Of a DNA stretch of 25,856 bases, positions 1 through 8,536 are shown in pieces (the stretch's first letter is position 1; each line of letters starts with the position of its first letter). Both the position numbers and the translations under genes were made by a program. A model generated the notes under the pieces. The model worked only from the letters and a program-made list of their open reading frames with translations, had not been told where the DNA came from and ran no database searches. Location: NCBI GenBank assembly GCA_020718965.1, contig DYRE01000001.1, forward strand, positions 1-25,856, read 5' to 3'. Source of the stretch: Desulfomonile tiedjei (GTDB lineage: Bacteria > Desulfobacterota > Desulfomonilia > Desulfomonilales > Desulfomonilaceae).

Positions 1-2
1 GA

Positions 3-230
3 GGAGAACTGGAAGCAGTCGCCATTGTAACAACACGATTCAGACCGTTCAAGATAGGAGATGTCACCGTGCACGAGGTAGGCATGCCATGGTGTTTTGG
101 ATGGATGGTTCCCAATAATGGAGGAGAAAGCGTAAACTTGCTCACCCCGAATGTTGGAGATCCCAACACCATGATCCCTGAATCAAAAGCGTTCATGGTC
201 AATGTGACCAAGATAGAAGGAGGAGCGTAA
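3..230 (+). CDS. fdhA: Formate dehydrogenase alpha (Mo/W-bisPGD) subunit, C-terminal 75 aa only (5' truncated by window edge)
   Basis: Not in ORF track. Manual translation from base 3 gives GELEAVAIVTTRFRPFKIGDVTVHEVGMPWCFGWMVPNNGGESVNLLTPNVGDPNTMIPESKAFMVNVTKIEGGA-stop (TAA 228-230). This matches the FdhA/FdnG C-terminal pattern (GxPWxxGW...N.LTP.VGDxNT.xPExKAF.VN). It ends 1 nt before fdhB, and its last codons contain GGAGG as the fdhB RBS. Confidence 0.92.
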   Translation, partial: GELEAVAIVTTRFRPFKIGDVTVHEVGMPWCFGWMVPNNGGESVNLLTPNVGDPNTMIPESKAFMVNVTKIEGGA

Positions 231-231
231 A

Positions 232-879
232 ATGTCTGAAGGATACTCGATTCTTGTGGACACCTCCAAATGCACGGCATGCCGTGGTTGCCAGATTGCC
301 TGCAAACAGTGGAATGGACTTCCAGCCACGGAAACCAAGAATCTAGGCACGTATGAAAATCCAGTCGACCTGTCGGCCGATACCTGGAAGATTGTGCGAT
401 TTTCTGAAGGAACAGTTCCAAGTGGGGCCCCTTTCTGGTACTTTTTTTCTGAACAATGCAGGCAGTGTCTCTCGCCAGGATGTATGGCCGAATCAGAAAA
501 GGGAGAAATTGTTCAAGATGAAAAGACAGGCGCTGTAATCTTCACTCCTAAAACTAAAAATCTGAACTACGAGGCGGCGCGTGAAGGTTGTCCTTATGAC
601 ATTCCTCGGCAAAACCCCAAGACCAAGGAACTTTTCAAATGCACAATGTGTTTTGACCGCATAACCAACAACATGATTCCCGCATGTGTGAAATCATGCC
701 CCACTGGGGCCATGGTTTTTGGTGAAAGGCCAAAAATTCTTGAACAGGTCAAGGCTAGAGTCCAGGAACTATCCAAGAAATATCCCAAGGCTCAAGCGAT
801 TAACCCTGACGAGGTAAGGGTCATCTATATTGTTACAGATGATCCCAAGAAATACTGGAAATTTGCAGCCGGAAAATAA
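232..879 (+). CDS. fdhB: Formate dehydrogenase beta (iron-sulfur) subunit, soluble three-[4Fe-4S] type
   Basis: CTACRGCQIAC, CRQCLSPGC, GCPY, CTMC and PACVKSCP give 12 Cys (3 clusters). No C-terminal transmembrane helix. Lies between fdhA and fdhE. Confidence 0.93.
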   Translation: MSEGYSILVDTSKCTACRGCQIACKQWNGLPATETKNLGTYENPVDLSADTWKIVRFSEGTVPSGAPFWYFFSEQCRQCLSPGCMAESEKGEIVQDEKTGAVIFTPKTKNLNYEAAREGCPYDIPRQNPKTKELFKCTMCFDRITNNMIPACVKSCPTGAMVFGERPKILEQVKARVQELSKKYPKAQAINPDEVRVIYIVTDDPKKYWKFAAGK

Positions 880-921
880 CCCGCAAATTAAATCCCTAAA
901 CCGGTTTTTGTTTTAATATCT

Positions 922-958
922 AGCCCCAAAGGTTGATCTAACCTAGGGGCTTTTTTTT
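922..958 (+). terminator. Rho-independent terminator after fdhAB
   Basis: AGCCCC-AAAGGTT/gatct/AACCT-AGGGGCT hairpin immediately followed by a T8 run (951-958). Confidence 0.85.
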
Positions 959-1021
959 CCTGTGCGTAAAAGGTATTATCCAACATTGGGTTAGGCGACG
1001 AAAAACACAAGGAGGAATCTT

Positions 1022-1933
1022 ATGGTCTCAAACGAGACGCTTCATCAGGCAACACAAACAATTCAAGATTCACTGAGCAGAATCAAAAGCGACATACCTC
1101 AACTATCAGGTGTAATAGATGCTTTTCAGGATTTACTCATCAATAGGGCGGTAGCAAGATCTAAACTACCCATTCCTGATTTCTCCGATGAAAAGGTTGA
1201 TGCAATGGGATTCTCCCAAGGGAAACCGGTGCTTCATGAAAGAAAAATCCATGTCGATAAGGATGCTGTTAAAGGTGTTTCGGAGTTGCTTCTTCCATCC
1301 ATGAGAAAAGGATTCCCCAAGCTTGACCCCTCGTTATCAAAACTTGAGTTATTTTTGAAGGAAAGCGGGTCTCACTTTGACGAACTGGTCCTATACATGG
1401 AATCAATCGCCATGCATGAACCAGACGACCTATCGAAAATACTGGATATTCCAGCTCTGGAATTACAGTTCATCTGTTTCGAATTGGCGAGGCCATTTGC
1501 TGAAAACCTCTCAGATAAAGTTTCGCCGCTTGTAAAAGATCTGACCTGGTTAAAAGGATACTGTCCCGTTTGCGGTTCGTGGCCCGCCGTTAGCTTCTGG
1601 AGGGGATCAGAGGGCAGAAGATTTCTGAGGTGTTCGTTTTGCGCCCACGAATGGTCTTACATGCGGACCCAGTGCCCTTTTTGCGAAAACAGCGATAACG
1701 AAAAGAGGGAGATCATCTTTTCTGAGGATCGGAATTTTGAACATGCCGAACTTTGCCACGCGTGCATGAAATATATAGTAGGGATAGACACAAGGAACAT
1801 GATAGCGGTTCCAGACCCTTCCGCAGCTCCATTGGGCCTAATATACCTGGACGTTCTGGCCCAGGATAGAGGTTTTCAACCTGGAGCGATATGTGCGTGG
1901 AACATTCTCGAGAAAACCGAGAAATCATTATAG
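1022..1933 (+). CDS. fdhE: Formate dehydrogenase accessory/maturation protein FdhE
   Basis: CPVCGSWP, CSFCAHEW, CPFCEN and CHACMKY CxxC pairs in the FdhE arrangement. Strong AAGGAGG RBS. Adjacent to fdhAB. Confidence 0.92.
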   Translation: MVSNETLHQATQTIQDSLSRIKSDIPQLSGVIDAFQDLLINRAVARSKLPIPDFSDEKVDAMGFSQGKPVLHERKIHVDKDAVKGVSELLLPSMRKGFPKLDPSLSKLELFLKESGSHFDELVLYMESIAMHEPDDLSKILDIPALELQFICFELARPFAENLSDKVSPLVKDLTWLKGYCPVCGSWPAVSFWRGSEGRRFLRCSFCAHEWSYMRTQCPFCENSDNEKREIIFSEDRNFEHAELCHACMKYIVGIDTRNMIAVPDPSAAPLGLIYLDVLAQDRGFQPGAICAWNILEKTEKSL

Positions 1934-2028
1934 AGGGGCGGCGGTCTAAAGATAGGAATTTTATGGATGAACTGCCGAGCAACAATTCCGGATTGTGTAA
2001 ATGTATATTTTTATGAGACTCACGTTGT

Positions 2029-3081
2029 ATGCGAGAAATTAAACCCTCTAGTTCAATAGTTGTTCCTGTCCTTTTGATAGTCATCGCAATTTCAGGTTTG
2101 ATAGCTTCGACGTTTCTTTCGTCTTCCGCTTTCCTTACCGTCGCCTTGATCAGAGACTCTCTGCTATATCCATTGCTAAGGTTGTTCGTTTATCTCGGCA
2201 TAGGTCTCCTGGTTGGAGAATTCATAGAAACATTGGGATGGACGTCGAAGATTGCCGGTTGGATGAGGCCTCTCATCAGATGGGCGCATCTTAAGGATGA
2301 GAGTGGGGCCGTTTTTATCACCAGTTTTGTATCCGGCATAGGCGCCAACACTTTACTGATGACCTTTTATGAGAACGGCAAGATAAATCGGCGTGAAGTC
2401 ACCCTTACCTATCTTCTGAACACAGGTTTACCATTGTTCCTGCTGCACTTGCCGACTACATTTTTTCTTACTGCGACTCTGGCTGGCGCAGCGGGAATGG
2501 TTTATGTGGCAGTCACTTTGATTGCGGCAATGCTAAGAAGTGTAATTATTCTTATATATTGCCGTTTAAAGCTTCCTGATACCTGTTGGTCATGGAGTCC
2601 GCTGCTTGATGAAGCGCATCCGGAACCGGACCAACCCCTGAAAAGAATCCTGTTTAAATTCAGGTCCAGATTTTACAGGGTTGCTTTGTACACTTTTCCA
2701 ATATATGTGTTGGTTTTTCTCCTCAATCAGTGGGGGTTTTTCAGGTGGCTCAATTCCGGTTTTAGCCTTTGGATGACTAATGGCATGTTTCCTGTAGAGG
2801 CCACAGGTATGGTCATATTTTCTTTGACGGCCGAATTTGGAGCTGGTATGGCAACTGCAGGGGCATTGCTGGATCAAGGAGCTTTAAACACCAAGCAGGC
2901 GGCGCTGGCGCTGATCTTAGGCACTATCATTGCGACTCCCATAAGGGCGCTTAGACATCAATTCGCGACACATGTCGGTCTTTTCAGCCTGGGATTTGGC
3001 GCCAAACTCCTAGCGCTGAGCCAGGGGTTCAGGATAGTGAGTTTGACTCTTGTAGCGTTCGTTTACGCTATAATTTTTTAG
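2029..3081 (+). CDS. Polytopic membrane protein, probable nucleoside-recognition (Gate) domain family
   Basis: Many hydrophobic segments. Two internally similar halves (SFVSGIGANTLLMTFYENGKINRREV and AEFGAGMATAGALLDQGALNTKQA), as expected for tandem Gate domains. Family call from recollection. Confidence 0.65.
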   Translation: MREIKPSSSIVVPVLLIVIAISGLIASTFLSSSAFLTVALIRDSLLYPLLRLFVYLGIGLLVGEFIETLGWTSKIAGWMRPLIRWAHLKDESGAVFITSFVSGIGANTLLMTFYENGKINRREVTLTYLLNTGLPLFLLHLPTTFFLTATLAGAAGMVYVAVTLIAAMLRSVIILIYCRLKLPDTCWSWSPLLDEAHPEPDQPLKRILFKFRSRFYRVALYTFPIYVLVFLLNQWGFFRWLNSGFSLWMTNGMFPVEATGMVIFSLTAEFGAGMATAGALLDQGALNTKQAALALILGTIIATPIRALRHQFATHVGLFSLGFGAKLLALSQGFRIVSLTLVAFVYAIIF

Positions 3082-3237
3082 ATCAGAGTTTCATATTTGG
3101 TATTTCGAATTGAATTAGTCTGGATCATTTGGATACGCAAAGACACCCGATGATCTCATGAATGCCGGAGATCATAATGGCTGTTTCTTTTCTAATTATT
3201 GCGTAGTTAATAGGGATGGCAATTTGTGGCCTTGAAC

Positions 3238-3268
3238 TTGATAAAATATTGGAACAAGTATATATAAT
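3238..3268 (+). promoter_or_regulatory. Possible sigma70 promoter for the rsmD operon
   Basis: TTGATA (3238-3243) and perfect TATAAT (3263-3268). The 19-nt spacer is suboptimal. Confidence 0.4.
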
Positions 3269-3271
3269 AAG

Positions 3272-3871
3272 GTGTTGAACGTGCGGATTATTTCGGGTAG
3301 CCTCAAAGGTAGACGTTTAACAGCGAGCGCAGGATCCAGAGTTCGACCTACTTCAGAGCGTGTTCGTGAGTCTCTTTTCAGCGTAATAGGGGATTATGTG
3401 ACAGGAATTGAAGCGCTGGATCTGTTTGCGGGTACCGGATCTCTTGGAATTGAGGCTTTAAGTCGCGGGGCTAAATCGGTCACTCTGGTAGAAAGGGACA
3501 GGAAGCTGGCGCAGAATCTTTATTCCCTGTGCTCGACTCTCGGTATTTTGCCTCAGGCGACAGTCATGAACATGGATGCAACAAAGGCCATAACCCTTCT
3601 GGCCAGACAAAAGTCGAAATTTGACATGATTTTTCTGGATCCACCCTATAATAGTGATTGGATACAAACTTTGTTCCGGCAGAATCTGTTTATTGATCTG
3701 GTGACGCCTGATGGATTTATAGTGGTTGAAACCGCAAAATATACAAACAGTGCGAGAATTATTGACCCCTTGACTTTTGAACAGGTATTTTCCAAATTGT
3801 ATGGCTCTTCACTTTTACAAATATTCAAGTTTGCCAAATCAGGGGTGACATTAAACACGGAGTCGAACTAA
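3272..3871 (+). CDS. rsmD: 16S rRNA m2G966 methyltransferase RsmD
   Basis: RIISGSLKGRRL, VRPTSERVRESLF, LDLFAGTGSLGIEALSRGA, IFLDPPY. True start is probably GTG at 3281 (VRIISG), preceded by AAGGTG. Confidence 0.95.
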   Translation: MLNVRIISGSLKGRRLTASAGSRVRPTSERVRESLFSVIGDYVTGIEALDLFAGTGSLGIEALSRGAKSVTLVERDRKLAQNLYSLCSTLGILPQATVMNMDATKAITLLARQKSKFDMIFLDPPYNSDWIQTLFRQNLFIDLVTPDGFIVVETAKYTNSARIIDPLTFEQVFSKLYGSSLLQIFKFAKSGVTLNTESN

Positions 3872-3875
3872 GACT

Positions 3876-4400
3876 ATGGTTAAAAAAGTAGCCATTTATC
3901 CTGGGACCTTTGACCCTTTTCACAACGGGCATTTAGAGATCATCAGGCGAGCTATGGGAGCCTTTGATCACATTGTAATAGCATTGGGAATGAATCCTGA
4001 AAAACAGACGCTATTTTCTTTGGAAGAGCGTTTAGACATGATTCGAAACACTGTCAACGGTGATCAGCGCATTTCAATTGACAGTTTTGAAGGGTTGTTA
4101 GTTAGGTATGCTGAAAAAAGAAAGGCGTGCGCCATAATAAGAGGTTTAAGAGCTGTTTCAGATTTTGAATACGAGTTTCAGTTGGCTCTAATGAATCGGA
4201 AACTAAGTCGAAAAATTGAAACATACTTTCTTATGACCGCCCACAGATATTTATATGTCAGCTCTAGAATAATAAAGGCAACCGTGTTTGCCGGAGGCTC
4301 TCCTGAAGGATTGGTTCCGGAGTACGTAATGAGAGTTCTCAAAGAAAGGTTTCCACAGATCGGGAATTCGCACGTAACAACTAACAAAGGTAGGAGATAA
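3876..4400 (+). CDS. coaD: Phosphopantetheine adenylyltransferase
   Basis: AIYPGTFDPFHNGHLEII, IIRGLRAVSDFEYE, VSSRIIK. Conserved rsmD-coaD order. Confidence 0.97.
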   Translation: MVKKVAIYPGTFDPFHNGHLEIIRRAMGAFDHIVIALGMNPEKQTLFSLEERLDMIRNTVNGDQRISIDSFEGLLVRYAEKRKACAIIRGLRAVSDFEYEFQLALMNRKLSRKIETYFLMTAHRYLYVSSRIIKATVFAGGSPEGLVPEYVMRVLKERFPQIGNSHVTTNKGRR

Positions 4401-4401
4401 G

Positions 4402-5595
4402 ATGAATAGGATTCTATCCACGAGAGCCGCCGAATTAAAGCCTTCGGCCACACTTGCGATATCAGCGAAAGAAAAGGAACTCAAAAGCAAAGGCGTAGAT
4501 GTCATAGGGTTTGGGGCTGGTGAACCTGACTTTCCCACACCGATCAGAATAAGGGAAGCTGGAAAGAGGTCACTTGACAAAGGAGAGACATTTTATACCC
4601 CGGTAGCCGGGACACTGGAACTGAGAAAGGCGATAGCCGAAAGATTTTCTAAGGATTATGGCTTAAAATACGGGGTTGAAAACATCGTAGTTTCTTGTGG
4701 GGCAAAGCATAGCCTGTACAATATTTTCCAGGCCATCGTTGATCCAGGAGACGAGATAATGTGCCTTGCCCCTTACTGGGTTTCTTATCCTGAGATGGTG
4801 GCGTTGGCCGGAGGACGACCGGTTACAGTAGACACGTCTGCGGCTAGAGGCTTTGAGCCTGAAATTGAATCTATCTCTGACAAAATAGGCCCAGCGACTA
4901 AAGCTATAATTCTTAATTATCCGTCCAACCCTACTGGAGTCATGTATTCTATAGAATTTCTTGAAAAGTTGGCCGAACTCGTTGAGAAGAAGGATCTACT
5001 TGTTATTTCAGATGAAATTTACGATAAACTTCTTTTTGATGGTGGCAGCTATACGCCTTTTGCCACTATTCCGGGGATGAAACCCCGTACAGTTACTGTC
5101 AATGGTGTTTCGAAAACATACGCGATGACCGGCCTGCGGATTGGTTATCTGGCTGCGGATTCGATGGAAATTGTGAAAGCGACTACCAATATACAGAGTC
5201 AATCTACCTCCAACCCCAGCAACACGGCCCAAGCCGCCGCTGCTGAGGCGCTATCAGGACCGCAATCAGAAGTAATAGAAATGAGAAATATCTTCGAACG
5301 CCGCAGAGATCTAATGGTCGAACTCCTTGATCAAGTTCCTAAATTATCTTTTGTGAGGCCCCAAGGGGCATTCTATGTTTTTGTTAATATTTCTAATTTC
5401 TTGGGATCTAAGGGTATGCTTGGGTCCAGTGACTTTGCGGCTCACTTGCTGGAGAAATATCACGTCGCATGTGTTCCAGGAGGTCCTTTCGGATCTGATG
5501 ACCACATCCGCCTCTCTTTTGCCACCAAGGAAGATGTGATCATCGAGGGGATCAAAAGAATTAAAACCGCTTGCGAAGAACTGCGCCATGAGTGA
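4402..5595 (+). CDS. aspC: PLP-dependent class I aminotransferase (aspartate aminotransferase type)
   Basis: FGAGEPDFPTP, GAKHSLY, NYPSNPTG, SDEIYD, NGVSKTYAMTGLRIGY (PLP lysine), PQGAFY. Confidence 0.92.
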   Translation: MNRILSTRAAELKPSATLAISAKEKELKSKGVDVIGFGAGEPDFPTPIRIREAGKRSLDKGETFYTPVAGTLELRKAIAERFSKDYGLKYGVENIVVSCGAKHSLYNIFQAIVDPGDEIMCLAPYWVSYPEMVALAGGRPVTVDTSAARGFEPEIESISDKIGPATKAIILNYPSNPTGVMYSIEFLEKLAELVEKKDLLVISDEIYDKLLFDGGSYTPFATIPGMKPRTVTVNGVSKTYAMTGLRIGYLAADSMEIVKATTNIQSQSTSNPSNTAQAAAAEALSGPQSEVIEMRNIFERRRDLMVELLDQVPKLSFVRPQGAFYVFVNISNFLGSKGMLGSSDFAAHLLEKYHVACVPGGPFGSDDHIRLSFATKEDVIIEGIKRIKTACEELRHE

Positions 5596-6355
5596 TGAAC
5601 GACCATTAATCTTACTGACCAACGATGACGGGATTCATGCTGAAGGTTTGGCTCGCCTCAAGGAAATTGCAAGCACTCTTGGGGAAGTTGTAATAGTAGC
5701 CCCTGACAGAGAGCAGAGCGCTGTGGGGCACTCGATAACACTTTATGATCCCATCAAAGCTCATGAAGTCTACAAGGACGGTGTTTTATATGGTTTTTCA
5801 ATAGGTGGAACCCCGGCGGATTCGGTTAAACTCGCCTTACACTACCTGTTACCGAGGAAACCTGGCTTGGTGATCTCCGGGATAAACAACGGGGCAAACG
5901 TTGGCATAAACGTGCTTTATTCCGGAACGGTTTCTGCAGCGACAGAGGCGGCTATCCTCGGTGTGCCGGGTATTGCCGTTTCAATCGCAGCCAAGCGGAA
6001 CCCCCCGTTCGCAAATGTATTCCCTTTTGTTAGACAAATTGCATCGTGGGTACTTAAAAACAATCTGCCGTCGGGAGTAGCTTTGAATCTCAATGTTCCT
6101 GCAATCCCCCAGGAACAAATACAGGGACTAAAGGTAACTAGACAGTCACTAACGAGATTCCAGGAGACTTTTGAACGGCGAGAAGACCCTAGGGGAGATT
6201 CCTATTATTGGCTTTCCGGTGAGTCTCTTGCCTCGGTTGATGAAGAGGGAGTAGACATACTTTGTTTGAAAGAGGGTTTTGCCTCCGTTACTCCCCTTTA
6301 CTATGATCTCACCGCCCATAAGTATACGGAAGAATTAGCATGTGTACTGAGATAG
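5588..6355 (+). CDS. surE: 5'/3'-nucleotidase SurE
   Basis: ILLTNDDGIHAEG, EQSAVGHSIT, GTPADSV, SGINNGANVG, YSGTVSAA. Overlaps the upstream stop. Confidence 0.97.
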   Translation: MSDERPLILLTNDDGIHAEGLARLKEIASTLGEVVIVAPDREQSAVGHSITLYDPIKAHEVYKDGVLYGFSIGGTPADSVKLALHYLLPRKPGLVISGINNGANVGINVLYSGTVSAATEAAILGVPGIAVSIAAKRNPPFANVFPFVRQIASWVLKNNLPSGVALNLNVPAIPQEQIQGLKVTRQSLTRFQETFERREDPRGDSYYWLSGESLASVDEEGVDILCLKEGFASVTPLYYDLTAHKYTEELACVLR

Positions 6356-7098
6356 ACTTATCGTATCCATTTTCACCTGAAGATTTAAGAGAAATCGAAT
6401 TATCAATTGGTTATTCATTCCATGATCATGACAAATTGATTAATGCGTTGACTCGGAGGAGTTTTTGGCACGAAAACCGCTCTACCTGCACAGATAATAA
6501 TGAAAGAATGGAGTTCCTCGGGGACTCAATTCTTAATATGGTTGTTGCTTACATTTTGTATCTGGAATTCCCTGGAGCTGATGAAGGGGAGCTTCAGAAA
6601 AGACGCGCAAGTTTAGTCAAACAGAATTCGTTGGCTATAATTATGCGGGACCTGGATCTGGCAAAATTCATCCGAATGGGGAAAGGTGACGAAAGGTCAG
6701 GTTGTCGTGAAAGAAATTCAATCCTTGCTGATACACTGGAAGCCGTGATTGGAGCAGTTTTTCTGGATAGTGGCTACGAGGACGCCACCAATTTTATTCA
6801 TACCCATTTTCGAACTATGCTGGATAGCCTCAATGATGTCGCATGCTTCGAAGACTCTAAGAGTCTCCTCCAAGAGAGATCTCAGGCATTATTTGGAGTA
6901 ACTCCAGTTTATGCGGTGCTGGATGAAATTGGGGAAGAGCATTCGAGAATATTTCGGATGGGTGTTTTTCTGGGGGAGACGCTTCTTGCGGCCGGGGAAG
7001 GCCCAAACAAGAAAGAAGCGGCCCAGATGGCTGCATCAAAGGCGCTTTCCTCCAATGACTGGGAATTGATTCATGAAAAAAGAAAGAATGTTCTGTAA
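6340..7098 (+). CDS. rnc: Ribonuclease III
   Basis: NERMEFLGDSIL signature, ADTLEAVIGAVFLDSG, and a C-terminal dsRBD (DSKSLLQE...G.GPNKKEAAQMAA). Confidence 0.95.
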   Translation: MCTEIDLSYPFSPEDLREIELSIGYSFHDHDKLINALTRRSFWHENRSTCTDNNERMEFLGDSILNMVVAYILYLEFPGADEGELQKRRASLVKQNSLAIIMRDLDLAKFIRMGKGDERSGCRERNSILADTLEAVIGAVFLDSGYEDATNFIHTHFRTMLDSLNDVACFEDSKSLLQERSQALFGVTPVYAVLDEIGEEHSRIFRMGVFLGETLLAAGEGPNKKEAAQMAASKALSSNDWELIHEKRKNVL

Positions 7099-7288
7099 TC
7101 TCTGCTGTAATGATTAGCGCCTGATCGGACTTTTCCTGCAGATTTCAACCTCAAATAGCTCTAAACCTTGTGGGCCTCACTGAAATTGGGTTGACTTGAC
7201 TTCATCAAGTTAACAAACTCATATCATGAAGAATATTTACAACAATTATAACCCGATCCAATGATTTAACGCTAGAAAGGATGTAGTA

Positions 7289-8017
7289 ATGGGTCATGAA
7301 ATCAGCAGGCGAGAAGCTATAGGGAGCGCTGGGGCTATTGGCGCACTTGGGATCTTATCGAGTTTTTTTGAATCCGAGGCTTTAGCCTCTACCTCCGCAG
7401 CAAGTCAAAAAGTCAATCTACTGGAACTGCCGGCTCTTCCTTTTCCTGAAGACGCATTGGAGCCCGTCATTGACAAGGAAACAGTGAGGATCCACCATGA
7501 CAAGCATTTTGCCGGATATGTGGCAGGATTGAACAAGGACCTTAAAACTTTGGACCAGGCACGTCAGTCTGGTTCATTCGATAGCATTAAGCAAGTGAGC
7601 AGAGATTTGGCGTTCAATGCTTCAGGAGTCATACTACACTGGATTTATTTCAGTACGATCGGGCCGAATGCAGGCGGTAAACCTGTCGGCAAACTTGATG
7701 TGCTTATAAAAAGAGATTTTGGGTCTTATGATATTTTTTGGAAACAATTCTCAGCGGCTTCCAAAACTGTAGAGGCTTCTGGATGGGGAGTACTCGCATG
7801 GGAACCGTTCAGTGAAAAACTGTTGGTCCTTCAGGCTGAAAAGCATCAGAATCTGACAAGTTGGGGATGCATGCCCATAATGGTATGCGATGTTTGGGAA
7901 CATGCCTATTATTTAAAGTACCAGAATAGGCGAGCCGAGTATGTGGATAATTTTGCCAAAATAATTGATTGGCCAAAAGTTGAGAAGCGTTTTGAGAAAT
8001 ACTGTTTGAACAAATAG
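7289..8017 (+). CDS. sod: Fe/Mn-family superoxide dismutase with twin-arginine (Tat)-type signal peptide
   Basis: LPALPFPEDALEP, HHDKHFAGYV, ILHWIYF, SGWG, DVWEHAYY. N-terminal SRREAIG, hydrophobic stretch and ALA cleavage-like motif. Confidence 0.93.
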   Translation: MGHEISRREAIGSAGAIGALGILSSFFESEALASTSAASQKVNLLELPALPFPEDALEPVIDKETVRIHHDKHFAGYVAGLNKDLKTLDQARQSGSFDSIKQVSRDLAFNASGVILHWIYFSTIGPNAGGKPVGKLDVLIKRDFGSYDIFWKQFSAASKTVEASGWGVLAWEPFSEKLLVLQAEKHQNLTSWGCMPIMVCDVWEHAYYLKYQNRRAEYVDNFAKIIDWPKVEKRFEKYCLNK

Positions 8018-8087
8018 GCAGAATCAAGATGTCATGGCTCTCAGCTTTGATTTTTCAAAAGAGGACAGAAGAAACCTGACCTTTAAT

Positions 8088-8112
8088 AGCTAGGAGCGTT
8101 ACGCTCCTAGCT
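8088..8112. terminator. Probable terminator hairpin between convergent sod and FTR-like gene
   Basis: Perfect 11-bp inverted repeat AGCTAGGAGCG/tta/CGCTCCTAGCT. Flanking T tracts are short. Confidence 0.7.
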
Positions 8113-8136
8113 TTGAATCCCCTCAGAAACAAAGGG

Positions 8137-8499
8137 CTAGGAGAAAAACAGTTCCAATGGGCGTCTCTCAGGGACAAATGTCTTGGGGACCTCTCCGTTG
8201 TTCCATTCCTTTGAAACATACAGAGCGCAATAACAGCTTCCGTAGTCTTTAATATCAGCTTCCCGATAAACACATGGACATATGATATCCTTGTCTTTTT
8301 CCCTGTTTCCCGAGGCCAGTCTACATGGACAAGACATATGTCCGTACCTGTTCTTGTTTTTTATCAGGGACTCGAGAAGGTCAAAAACCCTCTCTCTATC
8401 GTTGTTGAAATAATAACCTTTGGCTTCTTGCAGTTTCTTCAGAGTTTCATAAAGCTGCTCAATTGCTTCTTTTTCAGACAATTTTAAATCTCCTAACAT
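8137..8499 (-). CDS. Ferredoxin:thioredoxin reductase catalytic-subunit family protein ([4Fe-4S] disulfide reductase)
   Basis: YGHMSCPCRLASG, ICPCVY, GSCYCALYV (CPC/CPC/CxC), PERRP. True start is probably TTG at 8481, since AGGAG lies 8 nt upstream of it. Confidence 0.92.
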   Translation of the reverse strand: MLGDLKLSEKEAIEQLYETLKKLQEAKGYYFNNDRERVFDLLESLIKNKNRYGHMSCPCRLASGNREKDKDIICPCVYREADIKDYGSCYCALYVSKEWNNGEVPKTFVPERRPLELFFS

Positions 8500-8536
8500 T
8501 TGAGTTTCAGGTTAAGGGATATCATGTCTAGTCTAA

